From: Minisyncoccota bacterium
GTDB taxonomy: Bacteria > Patescibacteriota > Minisyncoccia > Phycocordibacterales > UBA5272
Assembly: GCA_041651055.1 (NCBI GenBank)
Contig: JBAZJW010000001.1
Span: 242,661-306,660, forward strand
DNA length: 64,000 bases
Direction of reading: 5' to 3'
Numbering within the stretch: the first letter of the stretch is position 1; each line of letters begins with the position of its first letter. Made by a program: the position numbers and the translations under genes. Shown piece by piece: positions 27,897 through 38,349 of this stretch. The notes below the pieces were generated by a model. That model saw only the letters and a program-made list of their open reading frames with translations, did not search any database and was not told where the DNA came from.

Positions 27897-29612
27897 CTAC
27901 TTCATATACGAAGTATTATCTCTCATCCACTCGAATGTCTCACGCGCAGCAAAGACAGAGCCATAAAGATTATGTCTATCCCCTTTTTCCATAACAACTA
28001 CAAATGCGTACTTTGGATTTTCATATGGGAAGTATCCGGTGATAAGTGAATTCACGAATTGCTTACTCACACCGAGCTCAGCTGTTCCTGACTTTGCAGC
28101 AATATCAACACCTGCGATATCCAGTGCTCGCCCTGTTCCATTTTCTGCATGCACTACCATATGCATTCCTTCACGAATAACATTCAAATCTTTTTCTGGT
28201 AATGAAATAGCAATACTTGATGTTGCAGCCCCAGCTAAAACATGAGGTCGCACCAGCTGCCCTCCGTTTGCAAGAGCTGCGACAGCTCGGACAAGTTCAA
28301 GAGGTGTAAGCTGAAACCCATATTGACCGATTGATGTGTGGTACGTATCTCCCACAAGCCAGTCTTCATTAAACACTTTTTTCTTCCATGCTGGATTCGG
28401 GACAACACCGTATTCTTCAGCTGGTAGATCAATACCTGTCGTCGTACCAAAACCGAAAAGCTTCGCGTACGTATTGATACGATCAATACCTAAACCTGGC
28501 TGGCCCTGAAACCCTCCACCGACCTGATAAAAATATTCATCAGATGATTCAGCTAATGCTTTTCGCATATCTGTATACCCATGAGCTTTCCAGTCTTTAA
28601 AAACAGTATCTGGTCCACCGTATTTATTTTTTACCACAAGCTGTCCAGAACTATAAATATTTTTCTCTGGTGTGATAACTCCTTCCATAAGCGCAGCAAG
28701 TGCAACAAATGGCTTCACGGTAGATCCCGGCGTAAAAAGACCACTCACTGCTCTATCCAAAAAAGTGCGACGCTTATCTAAAAGATCTTTACTCACCTGA
28801 GCATTCTCTTCTTTTGTTTTTGCATTCGTCATCAAATTATTATTATACTGAGGATAGCTCGTGATAGCCAAAATTTCTCCAGAATGGATATCCATAATCA
28901 CACCAGCACCGGATGTAAATCCAGCTTTTGCTGAGAGTGCTTCCATGCGCTCGTAGAGTTTTGCTTGCACACCTTTATCGATAGTAAGTTTTATATTTTC
29001 CCCATTACTTGGGTCAATGTTTACGTTTTCTGCCTCAATCTGATGAAGCGCGTTGATGGCAATCACTCTCTCTCCTGGCACACCTTGCAATGTATCTTGA
29101 TACTCTTTCTCAAGACCATCTTTTCCGATGTATGACTCTTGCCAAAAAATACCACTCTGATCTTTTTTTGGATAACTCACATACCCAAGCACATGGGAGA
29201 ACCCTCCTTCTGTAATATATGCACGCTTTGGAATCTCATCGATAGCAGTCGATGTACCTATCGTATTCCATGCGAGCAAGACTCCATTTCTATCCGAGAT
29301 GGTTCCACGAAGAGCAAAGAGTGGCGTCGTTTTCAAATGATTTCTATCAGCCTTAACTGTATACGCTTCCCCGTTCACAATTTGCATACTAAACAATCGA
29401 TAGGAAAACGAAGAGATGAGAATCGTAATAACAATGATGGCTCCATAAAAAACATTTCTCCCAAGCGGACGCTCGAGCTGCCCTTCCATTTGATCGAGAT
29501 TGAGTTTTGAAATATTCTGAGAATCCAAAAACACATCTTCTGGCAAGATTTCATGCGCTGACGCTTTTCTAGCGCGCCGTGTAAATGTACGGTGAAACAA
29601 TTTCATATACAA
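27897..29612 (-). CDS. mrdA: penicillin-binding protein 2 (elongasome transpeptidase)
   Basis: STVKPF (SxxK), SGS/SxN region, KSGTAE; follows mreB-mreC. Confidence 0.85.
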   Translation of the reverse strand: MYMKLFHRTFTRRARKASAHEILPEDVFLDSQNISKLNLDQMEGQLERPLGRNVFYGAIIVITILISSFSYRLFSMQIVNGEAYTVKADRNHLKTTPLFALRGTISDRNGVLLAWNTIGTSTAIDEIPKRAYITEGGFSHVLGYVSYPKKDQSGIFWQESYIGKDGLEKEYQDTLQGVPGERVIAINALHQIEAENVNIDPSNGENIKLTIDKGVQAKLYERMEALSAKAGFTSGAGVIMDIHSGEILAITSYPQYNNNLMTNAKTKEENAQVSKDLLDKRRTFLDRAVSGLFTPGSTVKPFVALAALMEGVITPEKNIYSSGQLVVKNKYGGPDTVFKDWKAHGYTDMRKALAESSDEYFYQVGGGFQGQPGLGIDRINTYAKLFGFGTTTGIDLPAEEYGVVPNPAWKKKVFNEDWLVGDTYHTSIGQYGFQLTPLELVRAVAALANGGQLVRPHVLAGAATSSIAISLPEKDLNVIREGMHMVVHAENGTGRALDIAGVDIAAKSGTAELGVSKQFVNSLITGYFPYENPKYAFVVVMEKGDRHNLYGSVFAARETFEWMRDNTSYMK

Positions 29613-29733
29613 TCACTATACCACAAAGCACTAAGGTGAAAACTGGTACACGAGAAAGTCCTAAAATGATATCAAAAAAGAATGTCATTAGAAAAGAAAC
29701 ACTTATGAGTACATAATAACGAGATACGGGCAT
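29569..29733 (-). CDS. possible tiny MreD-like membrane protein
   Basis: 54-aa hydrophobic ORF in the mreD position between mreC and mrdA; overlaps the mrdA start, so uncertain. Confidence 0.25.
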   Translation of the reverse strand: MPVSRYYVLISVSFLMTFFFDIILGLSRVPVFTLVLCGIVIVYEIVSPYIYTAR

Positions 29734-29737
29734 GGAA

Positions 29738-30523
29738 TTATTTTTGTACATAAAATACAGATGACGTAACAGGGTTATAGGCTCCGCGTACATATACACG
29801 CCATGCGACGGCTTGATCATCACGTATCACATTAGACACTGTTCCGAGAGTCATACTCGGATCGCTTTTCAAAAAAATAGATTCACCTTGAGCAATTACC
29901 GTATCACGAGGTACATCACCCACAAAAGTTCCCCCGCCGTCTCCTTTCAAAGAAATATTCAGTGTCGATGAGGCGGTAACACCCTCTGTCACTTCGCCAC
30001 TTGAGGTCATCAACTTACAAAGTGATGTGCGATCATATACTTCGACAATGATACATACTGGCTTGCGACCATGAATGAAAACAAGGTCTTGTGTTACGAT
30101 TCCATCCTTAAACCCTTTTGAAAGAATGAGCGACGAATAAATCGTGGTGAGATCTCGTATCAAAGGATACATTGCAATCGTTGTCTCACCAACTTTCATG
30201 CCATCTGTTTCGATTAATTCTTTTTCTTTAAGGAGAGCATTCTTTTCCGCGAGTTCATTTTCTAGTCGCTCAACTGTGAGCGACAATGTGCTCGCACGCA
30301 AAATAAGTTCTCTACGTGACTGGAAGTATGTATAGATAATAGAAGGTGTACGAATAATCGAATTCTTCGATGTCCCTGTTGAAATAATAAATGATTCAAG
30401 GTGAGGATATATCGATGTGCGGATGTGTGGCCAAAAGTATGTCATGCCTGCGAGCACCACAAAAACAGCAATGTAATATCGATACTGTTTGCGATTACGT
30501 TTTCTATCGGAAAGATATGTCAT
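29738..30523 (-). CDS. mreC: rod shape-determining protein MreC
   Basis: N-terminal TM, coiled coil (LENELAEKNALLKEKE), C-terminal beta domains. Confidence 0.8.
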   Translation of the reverse strand: MTYLSDRKRNRKQYRYYIAVFVVLAGMTYFWPHIRTSIYPHLESFIISTGTSKNSIIRTPSIIYTYFQSRRELILRASTLSLTVERLENELAEKNALLKEKELIETDGMKVGETTIAMYPLIRDLTTIYSSLILSKGFKDGIVTQDLVFIHGRKPVCIIVEVYDRTSLCKLMTSSGEVTEGVTASSTLNISLKGDGGGTFVGDVPRDTVIAQGESIFLKSDPSMTLGTVSNVIRDDQAVAWRVYVRGAYNPVTSSVFYVQK

Positions 30524-31553
30524 CAGTGTTTTCTACGAGTACATCTCTGTACGCGTCTATGTCTTCTAGTATAACGCCTGCTCCGCGAGCAACAGCCGTG
30601 AGAGGATCATCAGCGACCGTAACAGGAACCTTGAGTTGCATCTCGAGTAACTGTGGAAGATTTTTGATAAGCGCTCCACCACCTGAAAGTGTCATTCCTT
30701 TGTGCATGATGTCTGCGAGTACTTCTGGTGGCGTCGTCTCTAACACTTCACGTATTGCATCCACGAGTTGCGCGATAGACGCATACATCGCTTCACGAAT
30801 ATCGACATCAGTGATAATCGCTTCACGAGGAAGTCCTGTGACTAAGTCACGCCCCTTCACACTTAACTCTTCGCCGTGTTCATCGGGAAGCGCAGAACCG
30901 ATAGTGACCTTGATATGCTCACCTGTTTTTTCTCCAATCAACATTTTGAATTCATCGCGCATATAACTGATGATGTCTTGGGTAAGTTTGTCTCCTGCAA
31001 CTTTCAAACTTTTTGCACGCACGACACCTGAAAGCGCGATGACGGCGATGTCTGTCGTACCACCACCGATATCCACCATCATGCTTCCGACTGGATCGTG
31101 TACCGGCATATGCACGCCGATTGCTGCCGCCATCGGCTCCTCAACAATGTACACTTCGCGCGCACCAGCAGACTTCGCAGCGTCATACACCGCACGCATT
31201 TCTACATTCGTGATTCCTACCGGAATCCCGATCACCACTCTCGGACGAAATAATTTCTTGTCTGTATCGTTTGCTTTGTTGATGAGATACGAAAGCATCT
31301 CTTCTGTAACTTCGTAATCTGAAATCACACCGTCGACAAGTGGTCGTACGATACGAATGTGTGATGGTGTGCGCCCCATCATGTCTTTGGCTTCTGTACC
31401 AACAGCGACGACACGATTTGTTTTCGTGTTGAGTGCGACGACAGATGGCTCATTGATAACTATTCCTCTCCCACGAAGATACACGAGTGTATTTGCAGTA
31501 CCCAAATCTATACCAATATCATTTGAAAAGTGTCGGTAAAATCGCTCGAACAT
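30504..31553 (-). CDS. mreB: rod shape-determining protein MreB
   Basis: Actin-fold motifs (IGIDLGTANT, DIGGGTTD), 349 aa. Confidence 0.93.
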   Translation of the reverse strand: MFERFYRHFSNDIGIDLGTANTLVYLRGRGIVINEPSVVALNTKTNRVVAVGTEAKDMMGRTPSHIRIVRPLVDGVISDYEVTEEMLSYLINKANDTDKKLFRPRVVIGIPVGITNVEMRAVYDAAKSAGAREVYIVEEPMAAAIGVHMPVHDPVGSMMVDIGGGTTDIAVIALSGVVRAKSLKVAGDKLTQDIISYMRDEFKMLIGEKTGEHIKVTIGSALPDEHGEELSVKGRDLVTGLPREAIITDVDIREAMYASIAQLVDAIREVLETTPPEVLADIMHKGMTLSGGGALIKNLPQLLEMQLKVPVTVADDPLTAVARGAGVILEDIDAYRDVLVENTDDISFR

Positions 31554-31751
31554 TGTACTATTCTATCACAAATACAGATGTTAGACATTAGATTTTGGAT
31601 TTTAGATAATGCGAAATAATGCTTTATTTGAAGGCTTTTTACAATATTTTAAAAAACAATTTTTAGTAGACAAAAGGGTGAATTTGTTGTAGAGTTGTAC
31701 GGAAAGTTCATAACCATCACGCGGTGAAATAGTCCGCAAAGAAAGACAGTC

Positions 31752-32111
31752 ATGATCACAACTGATCCGACAATACTTGATCAGGTACTCAAAATCCTTG
31801 AACTGAAATGTCAGCAAGACTTTCAAGGAAAACATCTCGAAATACACGAGGGCAACGACTGCTTCACCTACACGATAGACCACACCCATTTCATGGAGGG
31901 GTTAGAGGGGCGAAATGGGCGAGAAGGCCCATCCTTATATCTTTACCTCTCGTGTTCAGACGACGGGCCAGTCATCCGTATTGATAAAAAATATGGAGTG
32001 GTTTTCAGAATGAAGCCTCGTGAGGCTTACGATTCTGTTTGTGTCTTTTTTGGCACAAGACCCCATCGACTCAGTCATGTAGGAGGAAGACTCTGCAACC
32101 CTCCCGCGTGA
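31752..32111 (+). CDS. hypothetical protein (ORFan P4)
   Basis: 119 aa on the opposite strand between mreB and proS with its own terminator; weak purine-rich RBS. Confidence 0.5.
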   Translation: MITTDPTILDQVLKILELKCQQDFQGKHLEIHEGNDCFTYTIDHTHFMEGLEGRNGREGPSLYLYLSCSDDGPVIRIDKKYGVVFRMKPREAYDSVCVFFGTRPHRLSHVGGRLCNPPA

Positions 32112-32134
32112 AAAAGCACTAGCCGTCCGACACA

Positions 32135-32168
32135 AAAACCCCGTATACATGCGGGGCCTTTTTATTTT
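32135..32168 (+). terminator. intrinsic terminator CCCCG-TATACAT-GCGGGG + T5
   Basis: After the P4 stop. Confidence 0.7.
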
Positions 32169-32218
32169 GTGTTTTATCTCCTAACCCCTAACTGTTAGCT
32201 CCTAACTATGAATTTTAT

Positions 32219-33499
32219 TTATTCGCAATTCTTCTGATACGTCGCGAGCAATTCTTCAATCGTAACGATTTCACTTTCTTCTTGTGTTCGTTCTTTTATT
32301 TCTACACCACCTTTTTCAAGTGACTTATCTGAAATAACCACACGCATCGGAATACCAATCAAATCACTATCGGCGAATTTACTTCCAGCCCCTTCTTCAC
32401 GATCATCAAACAAAACTTCTACATGTGCAGCCATAAGTTTCTTGTAAAGTTCTTCGGCCTTCTTCCCCGTCTCACTGTCCTTATCCTTTGCAAGAGAAAT
32501 TAAATGCACAGAGAATGGTGCGATAGCTGCAGGCCACACGAGACCTTTTTCATCGGCAAACTTTTCTGTAATCACACCCATAAGTCGCGATGGGCCAATA
32601 CCATAGCATCCCATATGTACTTCTTGCTTTTCGCCCGCTTCATTGATGTACGTATAATCAAATGCTTTTGTAAACTTAGTGCCGAGCGGGAAAATATTTC
32701 CCACTTCGCATGCTTTTACTTGTTCGAGACTTTCAAAGTCTACATTGAGACGCTTCGAGTTCTCTTCTGTCACAACTTCTTTGTTATATGCGATGTTATT
32801 TTTACGATCAAGATAAATAATGTCTTCCCCCGCATCCACTACAGTCTGAAACTCATGAGAAAATTCTTTTGTAAAGTCTCCGCCACCAGCAAGTGTAATG
32901 AATGTATCATCACCAAGACCAATCTCACGATAAATATTCATATATACTTTCTTTGCTTCTTCGTAATATGTTTTCAGATCAGCTTCATCGCGATGGAAAC
33001 TGTACAAATCTTTCATACGAAACTCACGACCACGGAGAAGTCCAGACTTAGCTCGGGCTTCATTTCGGAATTTTGTTTGTATTTGATAAAACGCAACAGG
33101 TAAGTCTTTATATGAACGAGCATAGAGTGCTGCGATAGGAGTAATCAATTCTTCATGTGTCGGATTCAAAATATATGAGTTTGAGGACTTTTCAAGAGAA
33201 ACAGCGTTTGCCGCTTCTGTCTTCATGAGTACATCGACAGTATCTAATCTTCCTGTCTTTTCCCAATTCTCACGTGGAGAGAGTGATGACATTACAAGTT
33301 CATTTCCAATAGCATCCATATGGCGACGAATAACATTTTCGATTTTTGTAAGAACACGAAGACCGAGCGGTAAAAAGGTATACACTCCCGCCATCTCCTT
33401 ATGAATAAATCCAGCACGAGTAAGGAGTATCGCGTTCTTTGACACTTCATCTTTCGGAGCTTCCTTTTGTGTTTTTGTATAGAGTTGTGATTGTCGCAT
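32219..33499 (-). CDS. proS: prolyl-tRNA synthetase (short form without INS editing domain)
   Basis: Class II catalytic motifs and a C-terminal anticodon-binding domain; 426 aa. Confidence 0.88.
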   Translation of the reverse strand: MRQSQLYTKTQKEAPKDEVSKNAILLTRAGFIHKEMAGVYTFLPLGLRVLTKIENVIRRHMDAIGNELVMSSLSPRENWEKTGRLDTVDVLMKTEAANAVSLEKSSNSYILNPTHEELITPIAALYARSYKDLPVAFYQIQTKFRNEARAKSGLLRGREFRMKDLYSFHRDEADLKTYYEEAKKVYMNIYREIGLGDDTFITLAGGGDFTKEFSHEFQTVVDAGEDIIYLDRKNNIAYNKEVVTEENSKRLNVDFESLEQVKACEVGNIFPLGTKFTKAFDYTYINEAGEKQEVHMGCYGIGPSRLMGVITEKFADEKGLVWPAAIAPFSVHLISLAKDKDSETGKKAEELYKKLMAAHVEVLFDDREEGAGSKFADSDLIGIPMRVVISDKSLEKGGVEIKERTQEESEIVTIEELLATYQKNCE

Positions 33500-33574
33500 A
33501 TTCTTAGTATACAGGAGCTAATGAGCTGTGTATAGAATATATTTATTGATGTAAATTAAATGAGAATTTAAAAA

Positions 33575-33662
33575 AAATATTCAATAAAATAATAATCAAT
33601 ATTCAATAAATACACTTCTGAATGAATCCGTTTAAATATTGAGTATTACGTTATTGAATATT
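33575..33662. repeat. R2 AT-rich repeat: inverted pair (AAATATTCAATAAAATAATAATCAATATTCAATAAA ... GTTTAAATATTGAGTATTACGTTATTGAATATT)
   Basis: 14-mer (A/C)AATATTCAATAAA appears twice at 20-nt spacing, then an inverted copy; lies between proS and rseP. Confidence 0.6.
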
Positions 33663-33670
33663 ACGTTTCC

Positions 33671-34852
33671 CTACCCTCTCACATCGTGCACCGTTACAAT
33701 CACAAGAAGAAGCATTAAAGCAAAAAATCCAACGATGTTCACCCATGAATAATACTTGTGCGGAACCTTTCTTCGTGCGATTGCTTCTATCGTCACCACA
33801 ACCATACGACCACCATCAAGTGCAGGAAGTGGAAGAATATTGAATATCGCCAAGTTAATAGACAACACTGCAATGAGCGTGAGCAATGCCTCGTAGCCAT
33901 GTTCATTTGTTTGACCAACTATTTTTGCAATACCTATCGGACCAGAAAGAGACGAAAGAACATTCTTACCTTGTGTAAGAGATGTCACAAGCGAACCAAG
34001 CCCTTCAAGAGTCATTGCTGTCATATCATAGGTGCGAATACTTCCGATTTTTATAGCATCAAAAACATTCGCATGCATGTATCCAACACGTTCCACCGAA
34101 ACACCTATCGCCTTCTTGTCTTCCACAATGCCATACACAGCAGCAATAGTCGTACTCTCAAGCTTACCGTCAGCACGTTTATAGGTAATCGTAAAAGGAT
34201 CATTGTTGTGTGCTGCAATAAATGAGATAAGCGATGTCGCATTATCCAGGTTCGCTTGAGACTTCCCTGCTGTCACTTTGACAAGAACAGACCCCGGAAC
34301 AATGCCGGCCAAGTATGCAGGAGATGTCGGAGCTGCGTCTACTACCATGAGTTCAGTATTCTTTACGCGTGCACCATATACTTCGTCACTTGCGCTCATT
34401 TGTACATTTCCATAAGAGATTCCAATGAAAACAAAAAGAGCGAGAAGCATGTTCATGGTTACACCAGCAACGAGTACGAGTAGCTGTGCCCACCATGGAC
34501 GATTACCAAAAGCACGAGGGTGATTTTTCGCAACATCATCCGGCTCACCATTTTCTCCCCAAATAGAAACATAACCTCCAAGAGGAAGTGCATTGATAGC
34601 GTAGGTTGTCTCCCCTACTTTCTTTGCGAAAATTCTCGGAGGAAAACCAAAAGCAAATTCGTCCACGCGCATATTCACCCACTTAGCAACGATAAAGTGT
34701 CCGAATTCATGCACCGCAACCAAAAGCAAAAGTATGAGAACGAAAAGCACTACGGTATTGTGACGAAACCATACGACGAGAAAAAGTGTTGACAAGAGGA
34801 AAAGAAAATCAAAACGAGTGAATAATTTTTTGATACGTGGAGATAATGACAT
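33671..34852 (-). CDS. rseP: site-2 protease RseP (M50 zinc metalloprotease)
   Basis: HEFGH zinc motif, PDZ region, LDGG motif (LPLPALDGGRMVVV). Confidence 0.9.
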   Translation of the reverse strand: MSLSPRIKKLFTRFDFLFLLSTLFLVVWFRHNTVVLFVLILLLLVAVHEFGHFIVAKWVNMRVDEFAFGFPPRIFAKKVGETTYAINALPLGGYVSIWGENGEPDDVAKNHPRAFGNRPWWAQLLVLVAGVTMNMLLALFVFIGISYGNVQMSASDEVYGARVKNTELMVVDAAPTSPAYLAGIVPGSVLVKVTAGKSQANLDNATSLISFIAAHNNDPFTITYKRADGKLESTTIAAVYGIVEDKKAIGVSVERVGYMHANVFDAIKIGSIRTYDMTAMTLEGLGSLVTSLTQGKNVLSSLSGPIGIAKIVGQTNEHGYEALLTLIAVLSINLAIFNILPLPALDGGRMVVVTIEAIARRKVPHKYYSWVNIVGFFALMLLLVIVTVHDVRG

Positions 34853-34941
34853 GGGGAAAAGTATACCATAGGAAAGTTCAAGCAGCTCGGCTACGAAGAT
34901 AACGATAAAATAGAAAAATAACTATCTACAAAACAGTTTGT

Positions 34942-34976
34942 AAATATTCAATAAAATAATATTCAATATTCAAACG
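34942..34976. repeat. R2 AT-rich repeat copy AAATATTCAATAAAATAATATTCAATATTCAAACG
   Basis: Near-identical to 33575-33610; the two copies flank rseP. Confidence 0.6.
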
Positions 34977-35102
34977 AATTAGTTGTAGTAGATATTGGGT
35001 CATGATTTTTATCAAGGTCACAATGGTCCTCAATTTGACACAGGTAAGACAGTAACGCATAATACTTTTGGATCATTAACGTTTTTTGAACTGGAGTTCA
35101 AT

Positions 35103-35615
35103 GTGACATACCAAAAAACAGGCTTTCTGAAGAGAGGGCTTTGGGGAATTATCAGCGGCATCGCTGGAGCGCTTTTCATTGGACTTGCCCTCTGGGCCGT
35201 GTTCCGTGCGAACAATGCAAACGCAGCATCAAGCGTAACCACAAACGGCTACTTTGCACAAAAAGCAGCCTTCGGACCACTGAACTGTATGCGAGTGGTA
35301 ACACCCGAAGCGGTCTATTTCATGGCATCAGCGCTCACACAAGATGCCTTGGTACTGAAAAATGTCCGAACATGTCTCGAGCGCGCCCAAAGAAGTCGCA
35401 CCAAACTGGTCGACAAAAAAGAAGGACAAATGACCGCTCGCATACACGCGAGCATCGGAGATCTTCATTGTCTTCAGACAGATATATATGTAATCGTCTT
35501 CGAAAACCGCATACATCCGAAACTCGACGCCATACTTCCTATCTGTTTCGACGCTGCCCGGGAGGGTCACGATAACGTGAGGATGAAAAGGGAATGGTTC
35601 ATGCACTGGATTTGA
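35103..35615 (+). CDS. hypothetical membrane protein (ORFan P5); GTG start chosen
   Basis: GGAG 7 nt upstream of GTG at 35103 (the ORF is open from 34995); TM helix GLWGIISGIAGALFIGLALWAVF; appears more GC-rich than neighbours by eye. Confidence 0.5.
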   Translation: MTYQKTGFLKRGLWGIISGIAGALFIGLALWAVFRANNANAASSVTTNGYFAQKAAFGPLNCMRVVTPEAVYFMASALTQDALVLKNVRTCLERAQRSRTKLVDKKEGQMTARIHASIGDLHCLQTDIYVIVFENRIHPKLDAILPICFDAAREGHDNVRMKREWFMHWI

Positions 35616-35632
35616 ATAATGAAAAACCAATG

Positions 35633-35676
35633 CAAAAAAAACGGCGACAACCTCTAAAGGTTCGCCGTTTCTCTAT
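35633..35676. terminator. imperfect bidirectional hairpin ACGGCGACAACC...GGTTCGCCGT flanked by A8 and T-rich tracts
   Basis: Between the convergent P5 and frr. Confidence 0.5.
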
Positions 35677-35756
35677 TTTGTATCAGCCGTTTCTTTCTCT
35701 TCGTGTTTAATAAAAAATTAAAATTTATCATTATCAACTCAATGGTAATCCGTTGA

Positions 35757-36311
35757 TTATTCTCCTAACACTTCTTTTTCTTTTCTCTGGAACATTTCTT
35801 CAAGTGCAGCATTTGTAGAGTCTACATGCTTTTGGTTTTCTTCTCGATAGCGATGCTGTTCATCTTCACCGTATTCACCTTCTTTCGCACGAGCATCGAT
35901 ATCTTTATTTGCTTCTTCACGCATAGAACGCACACGAACACGTGCATCTTCTAATCTATCTTTCAAAAGCTTTACCATCTTTTGTCTTGTCTCTGTAGTG
36001 AGTGCTGGGAAATGTACACGTAACCCTTCAGCATCTGACGAAACAGAAAGTCCGAGGTCTGCATCATTGATAGCCTTTTCCATCATGCCAACAATAGACT
36101 TATCCCACGGTGCGACACGCAGTGTACGAGGGTCTTCGATATTCACACTCGCGGCATGCGCGATAGCAGTACGTGAACCATACAAATCGATACACACAAG
36201 ATCGAGGACCTGTGGTGATGCTCGTCCTGTCTGAATAGAACGATACTCGTTCGCAAGCCATTCGAGAATTTCTTGTTTTTTTGTTTCAACGTTTGAAAAG
36301 TTGTAAGGCAT
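35757..36311 (-). CDS. frr: ribosome recycling factor
   Basis: RRF signature over the full length (184 aa). Confidence 0.93.
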   Translation of the reverse strand: MPYNFSNVETKKQEILEWLANEYRSIQTGRASPQVLDLVCIDLYGSRTAIAHAASVNIEDPRTLRVAPWDKSIVGMMEKAINDADLGLSVSSDAEGLRVHFPALTTETRQKMVKLLKDRLEDARVRVRSMREEANKDIDARAKEGEYGEDEQHRYREENQKHVDSTNAALEEMFQRKEKEVLGE

Positions 36312-36360
36312 GGGGGCAGTTATTAGTAATTAGTAATTAGTTGATACATACAATTCTATA

Positions 36361-37023
36361 CTAGTTCTTGTGTTGCGGCAATAAAAGAGACAGATACTCG
36401 AGGAGGGCTTTTCCTGAAGCTGAAGGGTCAGATGCATAGGAGGCAGTTTCTAAGGTTTCGAGTACGTATCGTGATTCTATTTTTTCTTGCGAAAGAACTT
36501 CGACGAGCGAGAGTATGAAGTTTCGTACACCTTCTCTGTCCTTTCTCCCCTCTTCATCCATGCGAGCAAGAAGTTCTATGACAAAAGGTAACTTCATGCG
36601 CGCACCATACGGCGCGTGCATGAATTCTTCTGCATGTGCATCACTCTTACTTCCTTCTTCTTTCTCCGTACTCCTCATTTCAAGTACTCTTGAAATGACT
36701 GTCCCAATGAGACTTGTTTTATTACTCGTCAGTAAAATAAATCGCACACCAGTTCGTGGCTCTTCCAACAATTTAAGCATTGCATTTTGTGCTGGAATCG
36801 TCGCAGTATGAAAAGAAATGAGTGCGATCTTTTCTTCATTATAGGGAGTGTTCGTCCACGAAGTTAGCGCCCGTGCTGTTTCGATATCAAGTACGGTTTG
36901 GTCGAAAAATTTGTGTGCAGGAGAAAGAGCTTGAAGTTCGTTCCAGAGCGCGAGGCCTACGGCCTCGCGCTCACCATGCACGACAAGCACCGCATGATGA
37001 AGAGGTAAATCAGAGAGTTTCAT
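36361..37023 (-). CDS. holB: DNA polymerase III delta-prime-like clamp-loader subunit (AAA+ fold, degenerate P-loop)
   Basis: SFHTATIPAQNAMLKLLEEPRTGVRFILLTSN sensor-1/box motif; start trimmed to MKLSDLPLHHAVLVVHG. Confidence 0.7.
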   Translation of the reverse strand: MKLSDLPLHHAVLVVHGEREAVGLALWNELQALSPAHKFFDQTVLDIETARALTSWTNTPYNEEKIALISFHTATIPAQNAMLKLLEEPRTGVRFILLTSNKTSLIGTVISRVLEMRSTEKEEGSKSDAHAEEFMHAPYGARMKLPFVIELLARMDEEGRKDREGVRNFILSLVEVLSQEKIESRYVLETLETASYASDPSASGKALLEYLSLLLPQHKN

Positions 37024-37163
37024 ATGCTTCAAGTATAGCAAAGAATTAGCCTTGCGAGAGATTATGTATTTAAGTAGAATACGCACCAGACTGCTCTTTT
37101 ACAGAAAGAGCTCCTCATATCACCAGTTCTTGGCACATCAACCCTTTTAAAAGAGAGAACGTC

Positions 37164-38330
37164 ATGAAACCAGATCATTCATCTCTTGCAAAAGAGAGAA
37201 GTCGCACGGGTATAGGTACGTTTACTGAAGGTGGAACGGTAGGGAAAGCTATCCGTGACGCAGAAGTCATGGAAAGACGAGCAATGTACGTTATCAAACT
37301 TGATGATAAAGGAAATGTTCGTGAACATTACCGCAACCCCCCTTTTGAAACACTTCTTGATTGCATCGTTGTCCTCGCACCTGCAATATTCCAAGGTGTA
37401 AGAATAGAAGAAGCTGTCGCAATGGAAATTGGCCTGAGTCGTACGGCACCAGGAAAGGCGATTGAAATTAAAGCGGATAGACCTGACTGTAAAAAACAGA
37501 AGGAGGTCATTCAGCAAAGACTACACATCGGAATCCTTCCCTGGCACGTCGTCGAAAAGCTACTACCAACCCTTTGGATCGCAATACAGCAATGTATTGA
37601 TAAAAAAATGGAAGGGTGGACAAGAGCGCGGTTCATTCAGAGCCCAGATTCAGGCAGCGAAAATCGTAACAAGAAACGTCTTTGTGTTTACGAGTCATGG
37701 ATGACAATTCGTGTTCCAAAAGAATATGCGTTGGTCTATACCATACTGCGACTCAAGGACGAATCCGACAAACTGAAGCCTGGAAAAAACTACGCCGAGG
37801 TAGCAGAGTCTGTTTCTCGAGAGCTTAATCTCTTTCGAAATCTTAACCCATCTCATCATGAAAGGTATTCAGATGAAGTCTTAAAAAGATCTGGCACTCT
37901 AAGATGGATGGCTGATTGGATGAAAAAGAAAGTCGAGTTTCATGGTTACACCATGCGCTCGCTTAAAGCTGTGCGGAAATTATTGAAGGAAAGAAGTCCA
38001 CAAGACCTCGCTCTCTTTAATACCGTGTGTCGAGTGTTTAGGGTTCCAGAAGCCCCGCCTGACATTTTTCTTGATGTCCACGAGCCACTGTTGGGTAACA
38101 AGAAAAAACAGCTACTCCTTGAGTGTCCACTCAGACCACATCGGGTGTACAAGTATGAAAAGCGCAGAAAGCTCACTCATGCACACGCACCTGATTGCTT
38201 CACCATTGCTATCGTCGGCAGTCATGCTCATTTGGAGAAGCTTGATGCTCGTAACACTCTCAACCGTATCAAAACAGCCAGAGAAACGAGAAAGTTCGTT
38301 CCCGACGACGACTCAGACATCCCCTTCTAA
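37164..38330 (+). CDS. hypothetical 388-aa protein, first gene of a two-gene plus-strand module
   Basis: No motif recognised by eye; several HxH/His-rich patches near the C-terminus (THAHAPDC, GSHAHLEKL); weak purine-rich RBS. Confidence 0.6.
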   Translation: MKPDHSSLAKERSRTGIGTFTEGGTVGKAIRDAEVMERRAMYVIKLDDKGNVREHYRNPPFETLLDCIVVLAPAIFQGVRIEEAVAMEIGLSRTAPGKAIEIKADRPDCKKQKEVIQQRLHIGILPWHVVEKLLPTLWIAIQQCIDKKMEGWTRARFIQSPDSGSENRNKKRLCVYESWMTIRVPKEYALVYTILRLKDESDKLKPGKNYAEVAESVSRELNLFRNLNPSHHERYSDEVLKRSGTLRWMADWMKKKVEFHGYTMRSLKAVRKLLKERSPQDLALFNTVCRVFRVPEAPPDIFLDVHEPLLGNKKKQLLLECPLRPHRVYKYEKRRKLTHAHAPDCFTIAIVGSHAHLEKLDARNTLNRIKTARETRKFVPDDDSDIPF

Positions 38331-38349
38331 ACATTAAAAAGGAGCTCCC

